Shown: piece by piece, positions 25,941 through 33,520 of the stretch | Numbering within the stretch: the stretch's first letter is position 1 | How the letters are laid out: each line of letters opens with the position of its first letter | Virus record (IMG/VR): IMGVR_UViG_3300012924_000005 | From: a virus | Length of the DNA: 38,445 nt | Strand: one strand, 5' to 3' | Notes under the pieces: generated by a model | Seen by the model: the letters and a program-made list of their open reading frames with translations, nothing else | What the model was told of the DNA's origin: nothing | Databases searched by the model: none | Translations under genes and position numbers: made by a program

Positions 25941-26335
25941 GCCTCAAGGTGTGGGCAGTTTTGGACGAGTTCGAGAGAGCGCTGGCCATATTCGAGCGGG
26001 AATCCGATGCGCTCCTGGCCGTGAGTTGCGGATTTGGTGATGACGTAATGGGGTATACGCTCTTGCCGGCCGGATTCAGGCTACAGGAAGTGAGGGTCTA
26101 TCACTCGCGGGCCACAGCCCGTGTTCGCGGTCGACTCAAGGATGCCGGAGTAACATCAGCATCATCGATGGAATTCGACATCGATGATCCCGCACCCATC
26201 GAGCCCCGGCTAGAGGAGAGCGGAACTCCTGGGGTATGCATAAATCTACGCGCCGTCTGCGCAACCCCCGCCCCAGCCGAGAAGGCCGTACGGGATCGAC
26301 TTGCCGAGATCTACGCGGAATGGGGGGCGCCGTGA
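25937..26335 (+). CDS. hypothetical protein (132 aa)
   Basis: ORF track, with a 4-nt overlap to the previous ORF. Confidence 0.72.
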   Translation: MSLKVWAVLDEFERALAIFERESDALLAVSCGFGDDVMGYTLLPAGFRLQEVRVYHSRATARVRGRLKDAGVTSASSMEFDIDDPAPIEPRLEESGTPGVCINLRAVCATPAPAEKAVRDRLAEIYAEWGAP

Positions 26336-26547
26336 GTTTCGGCTACGATCCATACACCGTGATGACGATCGTTGAGAACACAGACGGTACGTTCAGCTTC
26401 CTGTGCGACTCCTGCGGGGGCGGATGGCGACAGAAGCTTGATTCAGGAAGTTCGCTCCGGGCTATGCGGATCATGTTTGACGGTCATGTACGCGTCTCTC
26501 ATGAGCTAACCCGCGAAGACACCGCAACTTGGCACAAGGGGCACTGA
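26332..26547 (+). CDS. hypothetical protein (71 aa, CxxC)
   Basis: The GTG at 26332 overlaps the upstream TGA (GTGA). VSFGYDPYTVMTIVENTDGTFSFLCDSCGGGW.... Confidence 0.6.
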   Translation: MSFGYDPYTVMTIVENTDGTFSFLCDSCGGGWRQKLDSGSSLRAMRIMFDGHVRVSHELTREDTATWHKGH

Positions 26548-26548
26548 C

Positions 26549-26884
26549 GTGTCTAGGTGGGCGGACGTACCCCATGGCTCCATCGTGCGCGGCGCGGATG
26601 GGTACGAGTGGGAAGTTGTAGCGCTTAGCTCGGATGGCTCCGTCACGATGGAACGCGAGGGTCGCGGTCAGGTCACCGGCAAGCCCGCGCAGTCAGCCGA
26701 AGTCGAGGTCATCTCGTTCCCACGAGACATGGTGGCCGACGCGGTGCGCACGCTCCGTTCGGTGTTCGACGTGACGGTGCTGGAGTGCTCATGGTGCCGC
26801 GGAGATGATACCGAAGAATGCATCTGTGATAAGCATTGCGGCGCGGTCGGATGCGTTAACTTCCCGGGGAGGGTGACGACGTGA
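26549..26884 (+). CDS. hypothetical Cys-rich protein (111 aa)
   Basis: GTG start with AAGGGG upstream. The C-terminus reads CSWCRGDDTEECICDKHCGAVGC. Confidence 0.72.
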   Translation: MSRWADVPHGSIVRGADGYEWEVVALSSDGSVTMEREGRGQVTGKPAQSAEVEVISFPRDMVADAVRTLRSVFDVTVLECSWCRGDDTEECICDKHCGAVGCVNFPGRVTT

Positions 26885-27069
26885 GGCAGAAACCGTATAT
26901 GGTGATCCGCAAACTTGAGAAGCTCGACTCCGATAAGAGGAATCTGTGGTCATGGTACTGTAGAATTTGTACGGGCTGTGCGTATTCCACTGATCACACG
27001 CAGCCAGAGAGCATGCGGGGCGCACTCAAGCATCTACGAGATCATGAACTATGGACGCGGCGCACATGA
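26881..27069 (+). CDS. small zinc-finger-like protein (62 aa)
   Basis: GTGA overlap. WYCRICTGC...HLRDH. Confidence 0.65.
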   Translation: MRQKPYMVIRKLEKLDSDKRNLWSWYCRICTGCAYSTDHTQPESMRGALKHLRDHELWTRRT

Positions 27070-27188
27070 CAGCGCGCGAAACTCGTGACCTCTACCGTGC
27101 GTTAGCGCGCATATGCGATGACCCGAAACGGGCAGAGCAATATCGGCGCATGGCGAAGATCTGGGACGGGAGGATGTCGTATGAGTGA
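27066..27188 (+). CDS. small ORF (40 aa), not in the track
   Basis: ATGA overlap with the upstream stop. My translation is MTARETRDLYRALARICDDPKRAEQYRRMAKIWDGRMSYE*. It fills the gap before the helicase. Confidence 0.4.
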   Translation: MTARETRDLYRALARICDDPKRAEQYRRMAKIWDGRMSYE

Positions 27189-28833
27189 GATCCTCCCGCT
27201 GCGGCCATACCAGCAAGCCGCGATCGACCGGGTCGAGGGTGCCTGGCTGGCCGGGATCGACCGGCCGGCCGTGGTGTTACCGACCGGGGCCGGGAAGACC
27301 GTGGTGTTCGCGCACCTCGCGCGGCGGGTGCATGCCGGAGGCGGTCAGCCGACCCTCGTCCTGGTGCACACGACAGAGCTGGTCGATCAAGCGCTGGACA
27401 AGCTGCGCGCGGTCGCGCCACTCTTGCGACTCGGCCGGGTGCAGGCCACGGCCAACGAGACCGGCGCGGACGTGGTGGTCGGGACCGTCCAGTCTGTGCG
27501 CCGGCCCCGGACCCTCGACGCGCTGGCTCAGCGCGGTCGCTGGCTGACCGTGGTAGATGAGTGCCATCACGCCACGGCTGCCTCGTACCGGACCGTCCTG
27601 GACGCGCTGGGCGGACGCGCGGCCGGGTTCACCGCCACCCTCACCCGCGGCGACGGCGCGGCGCTGGGCGATATCTGGCAGAAAGTGGTGTACCGGCGGG
27701 ACATCATCGACATGATCTCCGAGGGGCATCTCCTCCCGGTGCGCGGCAAGCGGGTCCGGGTGCCGAACCTGGACTTCCGGAAGATCAAGCGGACGGCCGG
27801 CGAGTACCAGGCAGATCAGCTGGGGGACGCGTTGAGCGAAGCGCTCGCGCCGGAGCTGACCGCCAAGGCGTACCAGGAGCACGCGAGCGACCGGGCCGGC
27901 ATCCTCTTCGCGCCGACCGTCGCCAGCGCTCACGAGTTCGCGGAGTCGTTCAACGGGGTCGGCATCGTCACCGAGGTCGTGCACGGCGCGCTGCTCCGGC
28001 ACGACCGGTCCGCGATCCTCAAGCGCTTCCGCGACGGCCATACCCAGGTAGTTAGCAACTGCATGGTGCTGACCGAAGGGTTCGATGAACCGCGCGCCTC
28101 GTGCATCGTCATCGCTCGGCCAACCACCTCCGGCGGCCTCTACACCCAGATGGCTGGCCGCGGGCTCCGGCCCCACCCGGGGCAGCGCGACGCGTTGATC
28201 CTGGACGTGGTCGGAGTGACGGGGCGGCACCGGCTGGCCAGCCTGGTGGACCTGGTGGGTGACGAGACGCTGCGCCGGGAGCCGGTGGAGGAGTCCCTGG
28301 CGGACCTGTTGCTCACCGCGGACGGGCTCGCGCTGGAAGACCTCACCCTCGGGGGTGAGCTGGGCGGATCGATCCCGCTGACCTACGAGACCGGCACCGA
28401 GTTCGAGGTGCTGGACGTCGACCTGTTCGCCCGGTCGCACTCGTCCTGGCTGCACACGGCCGCCGGCACGCCGTTCCTCTCGGCCGGCCGAGCGACCGTC
28501 TTCATCGTGCCGGCGGGTGGCGGGGGCCGGTGGAACGTCGCGGTGCACGAGCCCGGCGCCCCGATGCGGTTCGAGCACCGGCGGCTGGCGCTGGACACCG
28601 CGATGTCCTGGGGTGAGGAGCTGGCCCGCGATCACGGTGCCGGTTCGCTCACGAAGCGCAAAGCATCGTGGCGACGCAACAGCGAAGAACCGACCGAAAA
28701 GCAGATGGATATGGCGCGTCGCATGAACATCACGATGCCCGCATTCAGTAGTAGAGGCGAAGCGTCAGACTTGATTTCAACCGTGATAGCGAGTAGGCTC
28801 ATAGATCCAATCACGAGAGGATGGACGCGATGA
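27181..28833 (+). CDS. SF2 DEAD/DEAH-box DNA helicase
   Basis: LRPYQQAAI, VLPTGAGKT (Walker A) and VVDECHH (motif II). The ATG at 27181 has GGGAGGA upstream; the track start at 27118 is unlikely. Confidence 0.88.
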   Translation: MSEILPLRPYQQAAIDRVEGAWLAGIDRPAVVLPTGAGKTVVFAHLARRVHAGGGQPTLVLVHTTELVDQALDKLRAVAPLLRLGRVQATANETGADVVVGTVQSVRRPRTLDALAQRGRWLTVVDECHHATAASYRTVLDALGGRAAGFTATLTRGDGAALGDIWQKVVYRRDIIDMISEGHLLPVRGKRVRVPNLDFRKIKRTAGEYQADQLGDALSEALAPELTAKAYQEHASDRAGILFAPTVASAHEFAESFNGVGIVTEVVHGALLRHDRSAILKRFRDGHTQVVSNCMVLTEGFDEPRASCIVIARPTTSGGLYTQMAGRGLRPHPGQRDALILDVVGVTGRHRLASLVDLVGDETLRREPVEESLADLLLTADGLALEDLTLGGELGGSIPLTYETGTEFEVLDVDLFARSHSSWLHTAAGTPFLSAGRATVFIVPAGGGGRWNVAVHEPGAPMRFEHRRLALDTAMSWGEELARDHGAGSLTKRKASWRRNSEEPTEKQMDMARRMNITMPAFSSRGEASDLISTVIASRLIDPITRGWTR

Positions 28834-29018
28834 TTACACCGACAACACCTGCCGGACTCCAGAAATACGATCATCAGGATGCCGTTCAAGCGGCCATCAA
28901 CGCGTGGATGAATCCAGGACCGTATGGCGAGTGGCACGAGATGATGAAGGTCAACGTGCGTCAAGGTATGCCACTCCTCGCCCGCGCCTTGGATCGTCTC
29001 AGCCGAGAGGCACGATAG
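28830..29018 (+). CDS. hypothetical protein (62 aa)
   Basis: ATGA overlap with the helicase stop, with GAGAGG 9 nt upstream. Confidence 0.6.
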   Translation: MITPTTPAGLQKYDHQDAVQAAINAWMNPGPYGEWHEMMKVNVRQGMPLLARALDRLSREAR

Positions 29019-29233
29019 TGGGAAGGTGCTGGTCATGCTCAGTGTCATCGGGAGTTGCAAATCATTGCGGGCGATGTGACTGTTGCCGCACGTTCGCTAA
29101 CCCCTCGAACAATCCTGACGTTCGGCGCCGCATGGCAAAGAAGAACAAGGGCGCGGTCGGATGCTCGATGGTGCCATTCGTCGCGTCGTTGCTTGCGCTC
29201 CTGCTGGGAGCACTGTGCTTACTCTTGATCTAA
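29018..29233 (+). CDS. Cys-rich tail-anchored membrane protein (71 aa)
   Basis: The GTG overlaps the upstream TAG. GRCWSCS...HCGRCDCC...VPFVASLLALLLGALCLLLI. The third-position GC is better than in the competing frame. Confidence 0.5.
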   Translation: MGRCWSCSVSSGVANHCGRCDCCRTFANPSNNPDVRRRMAKKNKGAVGCSMVPFVASLLALLLGALCLLLI

Positions 29234-29655
29234 CAGGCGAGGCCCCGATCGATCGGTTGATCGAGACTGCGCGCGAGGCGGGCTGGCGGGTATGGGCAAC
29301 AACCGCCGTGCAAGAGGGGCATGAGTGGCTGACCCGCGTGCCGGTCGAACGGGAGAGCGGCACGCGGGGGCGCAAGACGATGGACGTCGTGACCGTCTCG
29401 CCGTTGCACAGCATCGCGGTGCGCCTGGCCGCACCGCACGGACAGCTCCCGCGGGCGTGGGCGGTGTGGCTGTGGCGCGATGTCACGCGCAAGGTCAAGG
29501 GGCAAAACGTAACCGCGCCTGGGTGGAGCTACGAGGTGGGCTGGCTGGCGTCGAAGGACGGATTCACGAAGTTGGGAATCACGATGTTCAGCAAGCTCGT
29601 ACGTGATACGCTTGCTCAGACGGAACTGATGATACGAGAGGACGGATCAGCATGA
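29215..29655 (+). CDS. hypothetical protein (146 aa)
   Basis: Track ORF 29161-29655. The third-position GC becomes coding-like only from GTG 29215. Confidence 0.62.
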   Translation: MLTLDLTGEAPIDRLIETAREAGWRVWATTAVQEGHEWLTRVPVERESGTRGRKTMDVVTVSPLHSIAVRLAAPHGQLPRAWAVWLWRDVTRKVKGQNVTAPGWSYEVGWLASKDGFTKLGITMFSKLVRDTLAQTELMIREDGSA

Positions 29656-29732
29656 GGAAAGTTGTGGTCTGGATGGCAGTCATGTTCACTGCAATCTATG
29701 CTATTGCATTTATCGCGGGGTGGCACTCGTGA
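29652..29732 (+). CDS. micro-ORF, single-TM peptide (26 aa)
   Basis: ATGA overlap. MRKVVVWMAVMFTAIYAIAFIAGWHS*. Confidence 0.4.
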   Translation: MRKVVVWMAVMFTAIYAIAFIAGWHS

Positions 29733-29815
29733 GGGGGGTTCGCAACGGGCTGGTCATCACGTTGATCATCGCGGTGATCTTCATTGCTTGGCTGCATGGG
29801 AGCGGAAGGATATGA
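29729..29815 (+). CDS. micro-ORF, single-TM peptide (28 aa)
   Basis: GTGA overlap. VRGVRNGLVITLIIAVIFIAWLHGSGRI*. Its stop overlaps the next ATG (ATGA). Confidence 0.4.
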   Translation: MRGVRNGLVITLIIAVIFIAWLHGSGRI

Positions 29816-31044
29816 GCGACGACTTCGATTCGCCCCGACGTGTGTACGGGTTCGATCGCTTCGGGCGCCGGCTACTCCCGGTTCCGGGGGAAGATCCGAA
29901 CAACATCATCCCGTGGACCCGAGCGACGACACTCGCAAGCACGGTCGATGACATGTGGAACTTGCAGCAATGGCAGCTGCGGATGGTGGCGCACGGCATC
30001 GGTAAGCGGTCAGATCTGTATAGCTTAGCCGCTTCGCTCGATCCGGAAGACGATAAGGGCGATCTTCAGAAGGTCTGCAACGACGCGATGGAGGCGGCAG
30101 AAGCGCGAGCCGGAGCGAACATGGGCACCGCCCTGCACAGCTTCACGCATGTGCTTGATCGTGTGGGTGTTGTCTACGCGCCGGAGATGTGGCGCGGACA
30201 CCTTGACGTGTATCGGCGGGGCATGGACAGCACAAACTACTCGGTAGACCGCAACTTCATCGAGCGCGTGTGCGTCAATACGCAGATCAAGACGGCGGGA
30301 CAGTTCGATCGGCTGCTAAGGCCCCCCTTTTCGATCAAGGGCGAGTACATGATCGGCGACCTGAAGACCGAAAAGGGTGATTTCGAATACAGCATGCGCC
30401 GGATCGCAATTCAACTTGCGATCTACGCAAACTCCGACTTCATCTGGGACGCGGCCACCCACGTCTACGCCCCGATGCCGAGCATGGACCGCCAGGCCGC
30501 AATCGTGATGCACCTCCCGGCCACCGGCCCTCCCCGCTTCCAGCTCTACGAAGTGGACATCGCGGCGGGGTGGGAAGCGGTACAACTCGCGCTGGACGTG
30601 CGGACCTGGCGCAAGCGCAAGGGCTTGATGCGTCCCCTCGGCGTCGCGCTGGTCGGCGCGAAGACGGTGCTCGACATCGAGAACCCCACCACGGGCGAGC
30701 TTGACCCGATCGCATCCCCCCAACCGTCGGCTGGGCTGGTGCTCGTGGGCGAGAGCGGTCCCGAGTTGGTGCCTGCGGCCCCGGCAGAGCTGCCCCCGGG
30801 TGACGGGGTACCGGCGCCACCGGCGCCGGTGGAGGCCGTCTCAACGGATTGGGCCAGCTCATGGCTCCGCGCGGCCGAGGCGGGAGCGCTGGACGCGCGG
30901 GACTGGAGAGAACTGGCCGCGGGAGTCGACTCCCGAGAGGCAGCGAGCGCGCTGTGGCGGGCGGCAGTGAAGGCCGGCGCCTGGACGACGGAGCTGGAGA
31001 ACACGTGCAAGAAAGCTCTTGACAAGTCAATAGCTACTGCGTAG
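29812..31044 (+). CDS. PD-(D/E)xK nuclease, Cas4/RecB-like exonuclease
   Basis: GQFDRL...MIGDLKTEKG...IQLAIYA (D, DxK and QxxxY pattern). It starts at MSDDFDS; the upstream extension in the track has a non-coding third-position bias. Confidence 0.75.
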   Translation: MSDDFDSPRRVYGFDRFGRRLLPVPGEDPNNIIPWTRATTLASTVDDMWNLQQWQLRMVAHGIGKRSDLYSLAASLDPEDDKGDLQKVCNDAMEAAEARAGANMGTALHSFTHVLDRVGVVYAPEMWRGHLDVYRRGMDSTNYSVDRNFIERVCVNTQIKTAGQFDRLLRPPFSIKGEYMIGDLKTEKGDFEYSMRRIAIQLAIYANSDFIWDAATHVYAPMPSMDRQAAIVMHLPATGPPRFQLYEVDIAAGWEAVQLALDVRTWRKRKGLMRPLGVALVGAKTVLDIENPTTGELDPIASPQPSAGLVLVGESGPELVPAAPAELPPGDGVPAPPAPVEAVSTDWASSWLRAAEAGALDARDWRELAAGVDSREAASALWRAAVKAGAWTTELENTCKKALDKSIATA

Positions 31045-31047
31045 TGT
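31019..31047 (+). promoter_or_regulatory. possible promoter reading into the non-coding island
   Basis: TTGACA-N17-TAGTGT, overlapping the nuclease stop codon. Confidence 0.3.
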
Positions 31048-31052
31048 TTGAG

Positions 31053-31086
31053 GTGCGGGGAGGGACCGGGAAAGCCCTCCCCGCAC
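31053..31086 (+). terminator. 12-bp GC-rich hairpin after the nuclease gene
   Basis: GTGCGGGGAGGG-accgggaaag-CCCTCCCCGCAC, with no U-tract. Confidence 0.4.
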
Positions 31087-31124
31087 TGGGAGCCCTTGAC
31101 AACTACATGCATCTAGAAAGGCTA

Positions 31125-31301
31125 ATGATGGCATATCACGGCGAACACCGTGCCGAAGATCGCGGCGATGGGAAGCACGGCAGCAACGAGACTTCGGACA
31201 GCGCGAAGTCGGGACATGGCGGAAAGCATGACGCGGTACCGGCCACCGATCGCGGTCGGACCGACGCGGCAACGCTACTCGGACGGCGCAAGAGTAGCTA
31301 A
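31125..31301 (+). CDS. doubtful small ORF (58 aa, hydrophilic, low complexity)
   Basis: MMAYHGEHRAEDRGDGKHGSNE.... The RBS is weak (AAAGG). The antisense frame gives a TM-like 35-mer, so the coding strand is unresolved. Confidence 0.25.
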   Translation: MMAYHGEHRAEDRGDGKHGSNETSDSAKSGHGGKHDAVPATDRGRTDAATLLGRRKSS

Positions 31302-31395
31302 GACATTGATCACACCCTCGTGTCGCAGTCCCGCCGAACGGCGGCACAAGATCAGCGCGTTCTGATTCCGCGCTGGGTGGAAATGAATCAGGGTA

Positions 31396-31461
31396 GGGTG
31401 GACGGATTCGCCTCCCCAGGTATTGGATCCGACACGAGGGGTTCGACTCCCCTGCCACCCA
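31396..31461 (+). ncRNA. tRNA-like element 1 (non-canonical)
   Basis: GGGTGGA (also present at 31375) pairs 6/7 with GCCACCC. T-arm AGGGG-TTCGACT-CCCCT (31437-31453). In between there is a single long hairpin, 31403-31431. Confidence 0.4.
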
Positions 31462-31495
31462 CGAGCGTCGACGGGACCCTCAACCCGAGCGATGC

Positions 31496-31564
31496 CGAAC
31501 GTTGCGGTAAGGCGCGTCGATCTCTGGGGGGAGATCGAAGTGGGTTCAGGTCCCACGCGTTCGC
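31496..31564 (+). ncRNA. tRNA-like element 2 (non-canonical)
   Basis: Acceptor CGAACGT/GCGTTCG, with a U at position 8. A 3-bp D-like hairpin has GG in its loop. An 8-bp hairpin TCGATCTC-TGGGGG-GAGATCGA follows. T-arm GTGGG-TTCAGGT-CCCAC. Confidence 0.45.
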
Positions 31565-31666
31565 GTGTCCGGGGGCGTGCCCAGAGCACACTTCGCGTCC
31601 CCGGACACAACTGAATAGCTCGCGGGAACTGTCCGGATAGGGTCCGGGTCACACGAACCGCGAGCA

Positions 31667-31736
31667 CCTCATGCCCCGGGCGTGCACACACGAGTGCACA
31701 CGTGGAGGGCAGCCCGTTCGAGTCGGGCCATGAGGG
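31667..31736 (+). ncRNA. tRNA-like element A (non-canonical)
   Basis: Perfect 7-bp acceptor CCTCATG/CATGAGG. T-arm GCCCG-TTCGAGT-CGGGC (31712-31728). The 38-nt core has a GTGCAC-ACACGA-GTGCAC hairpin with a 6-nt loop. Confidence 0.5.
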
Positions 31737-31837
31737 CGAGGCAGTGACACATCGAACAGATGGCCGCTGAGCTGTGTCACGTAAGTCCTCTGGCTACCTC
31801 CTTCATCGATTGCGGTCGGTGATCGTAGGCGAGAACC

Positions 31838-31904
31838 TCCCATGCTCAGGGTGCGGTGAAATTCCGCCGGCAACGGACAGCCCGTTCAAGTCGGGCCATG
31901 GGGC
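31838..31904 (+). ncRNA. tRNA-like element B (paralog of A)
   Basis: TCCCATG/CATGGGG. T-arm GCCCG-TTCAAGT-CGGGC (31880-31896). The core holds GCGG-TGAAATT-CCGC and a CCG-GCAA-CGG tetraloop hairpin. The 5' flank GCGAGaACCTCCCATGC matches A (GCGAGcACCTCATGC). Confidence 0.45.
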
Positions 31905-31955
31905 GCAGTGCGTCACTCGGGTTGCAGAGGGGTCTGGGCCTGAGTTCACCTAAAC

Positions 31956-31987
31956 GGGGGGGTCGCGGTGGCGCACCGCGCGGCCCC
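31956..31987 (+). terminator. GC-rich hairpin closing the non-coding island
   Basis: Core CGCGGTG-gcg-CACCGCG, flanked by GGGG...CCCC. It lies 34 nt before the next ATG. Confidence 0.4.
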
Positions 31988-32020
31988 TCACCTACACAAC
32001 GAAACGAGGCGCAACGTATC

Positions 32021-32437
32021 ATGACCGATCCATTCAGCGACGCACGATCCGGGTTCATTACGGCCGAAGACTTTCAGGGGCGGTTGCTGCTTGTCGCGGT
32101 GACCGGGTTCGAGGCAAACCGTGAATCAACCATGAACCCCGGCAAGACGTTCGATACGATCATCGCGGACGTGACGGTACTCGACGGTCCGATCACTGAG
32201 ATGTTCGATCACATTCCAATGAAGATCGAGGGGCAGTACCTGTCCGGCTCCGGTCTCGTGCCGCAACTCAAGGGCAAGGTCGGCAAGGTGCATCCATCAA
32301 ATCAGATCCTCGGGCGCATGACGCAACGGCCGGCGCGGGTGACCGGCTTCAAGCCAGCCAACGTACTCGCCGAGCCGACCGACGCGGACAAGGTGACGGC
32401 GCGCGCGTACCTCGCAACACTCAACCCGTTCGAGTAG
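32021..32437 (+). CDS. hypothetical protein (138 aa)
   Basis: MTDPFSDARSGFITAEDFQGRLLLVAVTG.... The upstream part of the track ORF overlaps the structured RNA region. Confidence 0.7.
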   Translation: MTDPFSDARSGFITAEDFQGRLLLVAVTGFEANRESTMNPGKTFDTIIADVTVLDGPITEMFDHIPMKIEGQYLSGSGLVPQLKGKVGKVHPSNQILGRMTQRPARVTGFKPANVLAEPTDADKVTARAYLATLNPFE

Positions 32438-32527
32438 GGTCATCGCAAAGACTTCAATCTCTCTGGGGGACCCGGGGATGATGGGAGCGGGATCGTGATT
32501 GGGGAAGGTCGCGGCCCGGCAATGCGG

Positions 32528-32557
32528 CGAGGGTGCCTGTTCTGGCAGGCGCCCTCG
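32528..32557 (+). terminator. 12-bp hairpin (one G-U)
   Basis: CGAGGGTGCCTG-ttctgg-CAGGCGCCCTCG. Confidence 0.4.
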
Positions 32558-32635
32558 CTAGTCAACTTGGCGTCACGGCAAGCCAGCGCGGACATACATT
32601 CAGTGCACGGTGTGCGGCGGAAGTGGGATGGGAAG

Positions 32636-33094
32636 ATGAACATCACGGGACTAGAAGTGGCATTCGGGCTATCGGCAATCGGGCTGTTCTTCCTGTCACT
32701 GCCGCTGGTCGGGCTGGTCATCGACCGGCGCCGGCACTCCGCGGGGCTGCGGGCAGTGGCCGCGCGCGAGGCTGAGACGGAGCCAGCCAGCCAGCGGCCC
32801 CCCTGCGCCCCGCCCGACCGGGACTCCGGCCCCGCTGTGCGAGATCTGCTGCTGTCCGACCTGCCTGCGGGGGACCGCGAGCACATCCTTTGGGCAACCA
32901 CGCTCGACTCGATCCCGCTGGTACCGGCACGAGGCGACGCGTTCGGCCAGCACGCTGACGCGGCGCTCGCCCTGACCGCCCCCCGGGTGACGCAGTGGCG
33001 GGTGGACCTGGAGTCGCCACTCGCGGAGATCGAAGCACGGCTCCGCGCCGGCCTAGCGACGATCCGGCTGCCCGCCTGGGCGGTGCTCGCGTAG
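32636..33094 (+). CDS. N-terminally membrane-anchored protein (152 aa)
   Basis: MNITGLEVAFGLSAIGLFFLSLPLVGLVIDRRRH.... GGGAAG precedes the ATG. The antisense 228-aa track ORF is rejected. Confidence 0.6.
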   Translation: MNITGLEVAFGLSAIGLFFLSLPLVGLVIDRRRHSAGLRAVAAREAETEPASQRPPCAPPDRDSGPAVRDLLLSDLPAGDREHILWATTLDSIPLVPARGDAFGQHADAALALTAPRVTQWRVDLESPLAEIEARLRAGLATIRLPAWAVLA

Positions 33095-33130
33095 GGGCAA
33101 TTCGAGATAACGTTATCTCGACACACGTAA

Positions 33131-33166
33131 ATCAGGGCCTGGGGAGCGAATCCCTCAGGCCCTGAT
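33131..33166. terminator. bidirectional terminator between convergent genes
   Basis: ATCAGGGCCTGGGGA-gcgaa-TCCCTCAGGCCCTGAT (one bulge), followed by TTCTTCT on the plus strand. Confidence 0.65.
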
Positions 33167-33170
33167 TCTT

Positions 33171-33458
33171 CTACTCAGCTAGCTCAAAGACCTCGTCAAG
33201 GTGCTCAAGTACATAGTCCGAAGCTTCGACCAGAAGCGACATGATCTGACTGAGGGCATCGTTACGGATCTGGCCGGAGAACACCCCGCCGGTGAAGCTC
33301 CATCCGCTCATCTTGGTGCCGGTGTTGTTGATCAGCCAGGCGTACTCCGTGTCCGCGCAAGCCCGCGCCTGCGCCGCGGTGATACTAGCGTCTTCCATGT
33401 ACGACTTCGTCATCTCTTCGATCTCCCACTCGGTGCTCTTGATCTCTATCCGCATCAT
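33171..33458 (-). CDS. strongly acidic 95-aa protein, antisense to the surrounding operon (moron-like)
   Basis: MMRIEIKSTEWEIEEMTKSYMED...LEHLDEVFELAE. GGGAG is the RBS. It has its own consensus promoter and terminator, and the local GC is lower. Confidence 0.8.
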   Translation of the reverse strand: MMRIEIKSTEWEIEEMTKSYMEDASITAAQARACADTEYAWLINNTGTKMSGWSFTGGVFSGQIRNDALSQIMSLLVEASDYVLEHLDEVFELAE

Positions 33459-33491
33459 CTTCGGCTCCCGCCCTCGTTTGCTTATATGTTA

Positions 33492-33520
33492 ATTATACAT
33501 AAGCTAATTCACGATGTCAA
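33492..33520 (-). promoter_or_regulatory. perfect consensus promoter for the acidic ORF
   Basis: On the minus strand: TTGACA (33520-33515), 17 nt, TATAAT (33497-33492). It shares ATGCTTGACAT and GTATAATTA with the promoter at 25464. Confidence 0.7.

Noticed and set aside
31125-31301. A confident small protein gene, or alternatively an antisense 35-aa TM peptide (MLSAMSRLRAVRSLVAAVLPIAAIFGTVFAVICHH).
   Set aside because: Neither strand has a convincing RBS. The plus-strand product is hydrophilic and low complexity, and the hydrophobic antisense reading is the expected mirror of it. It is left as a low-confidence feature.
31370-31910. Canonical tRNA genes, suggested by four perfect T-arms with adjacent acceptor pairing.
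   Set aside because: By hand, none folds into a cloverleaf. The cores are 34-38 nt where a standard D arm, anticodon arm and variable loop need at least 40. The hairpin loops are 6 or 8 nt rather than 7, U33 is missing, and no sensible anticodon can be read. I report them as tRNA-like ncRNA candidates instead; covariance-model software should make the final call.
31430-31910. attP-type core sites, that is, phage copies of host tRNA 3' ends used for integration.
   Set aside because: No integrase or excisionase-integrase pair is present in the genome. Each element also carries its own complementary 5' acceptor strand, which an attP core would not need.
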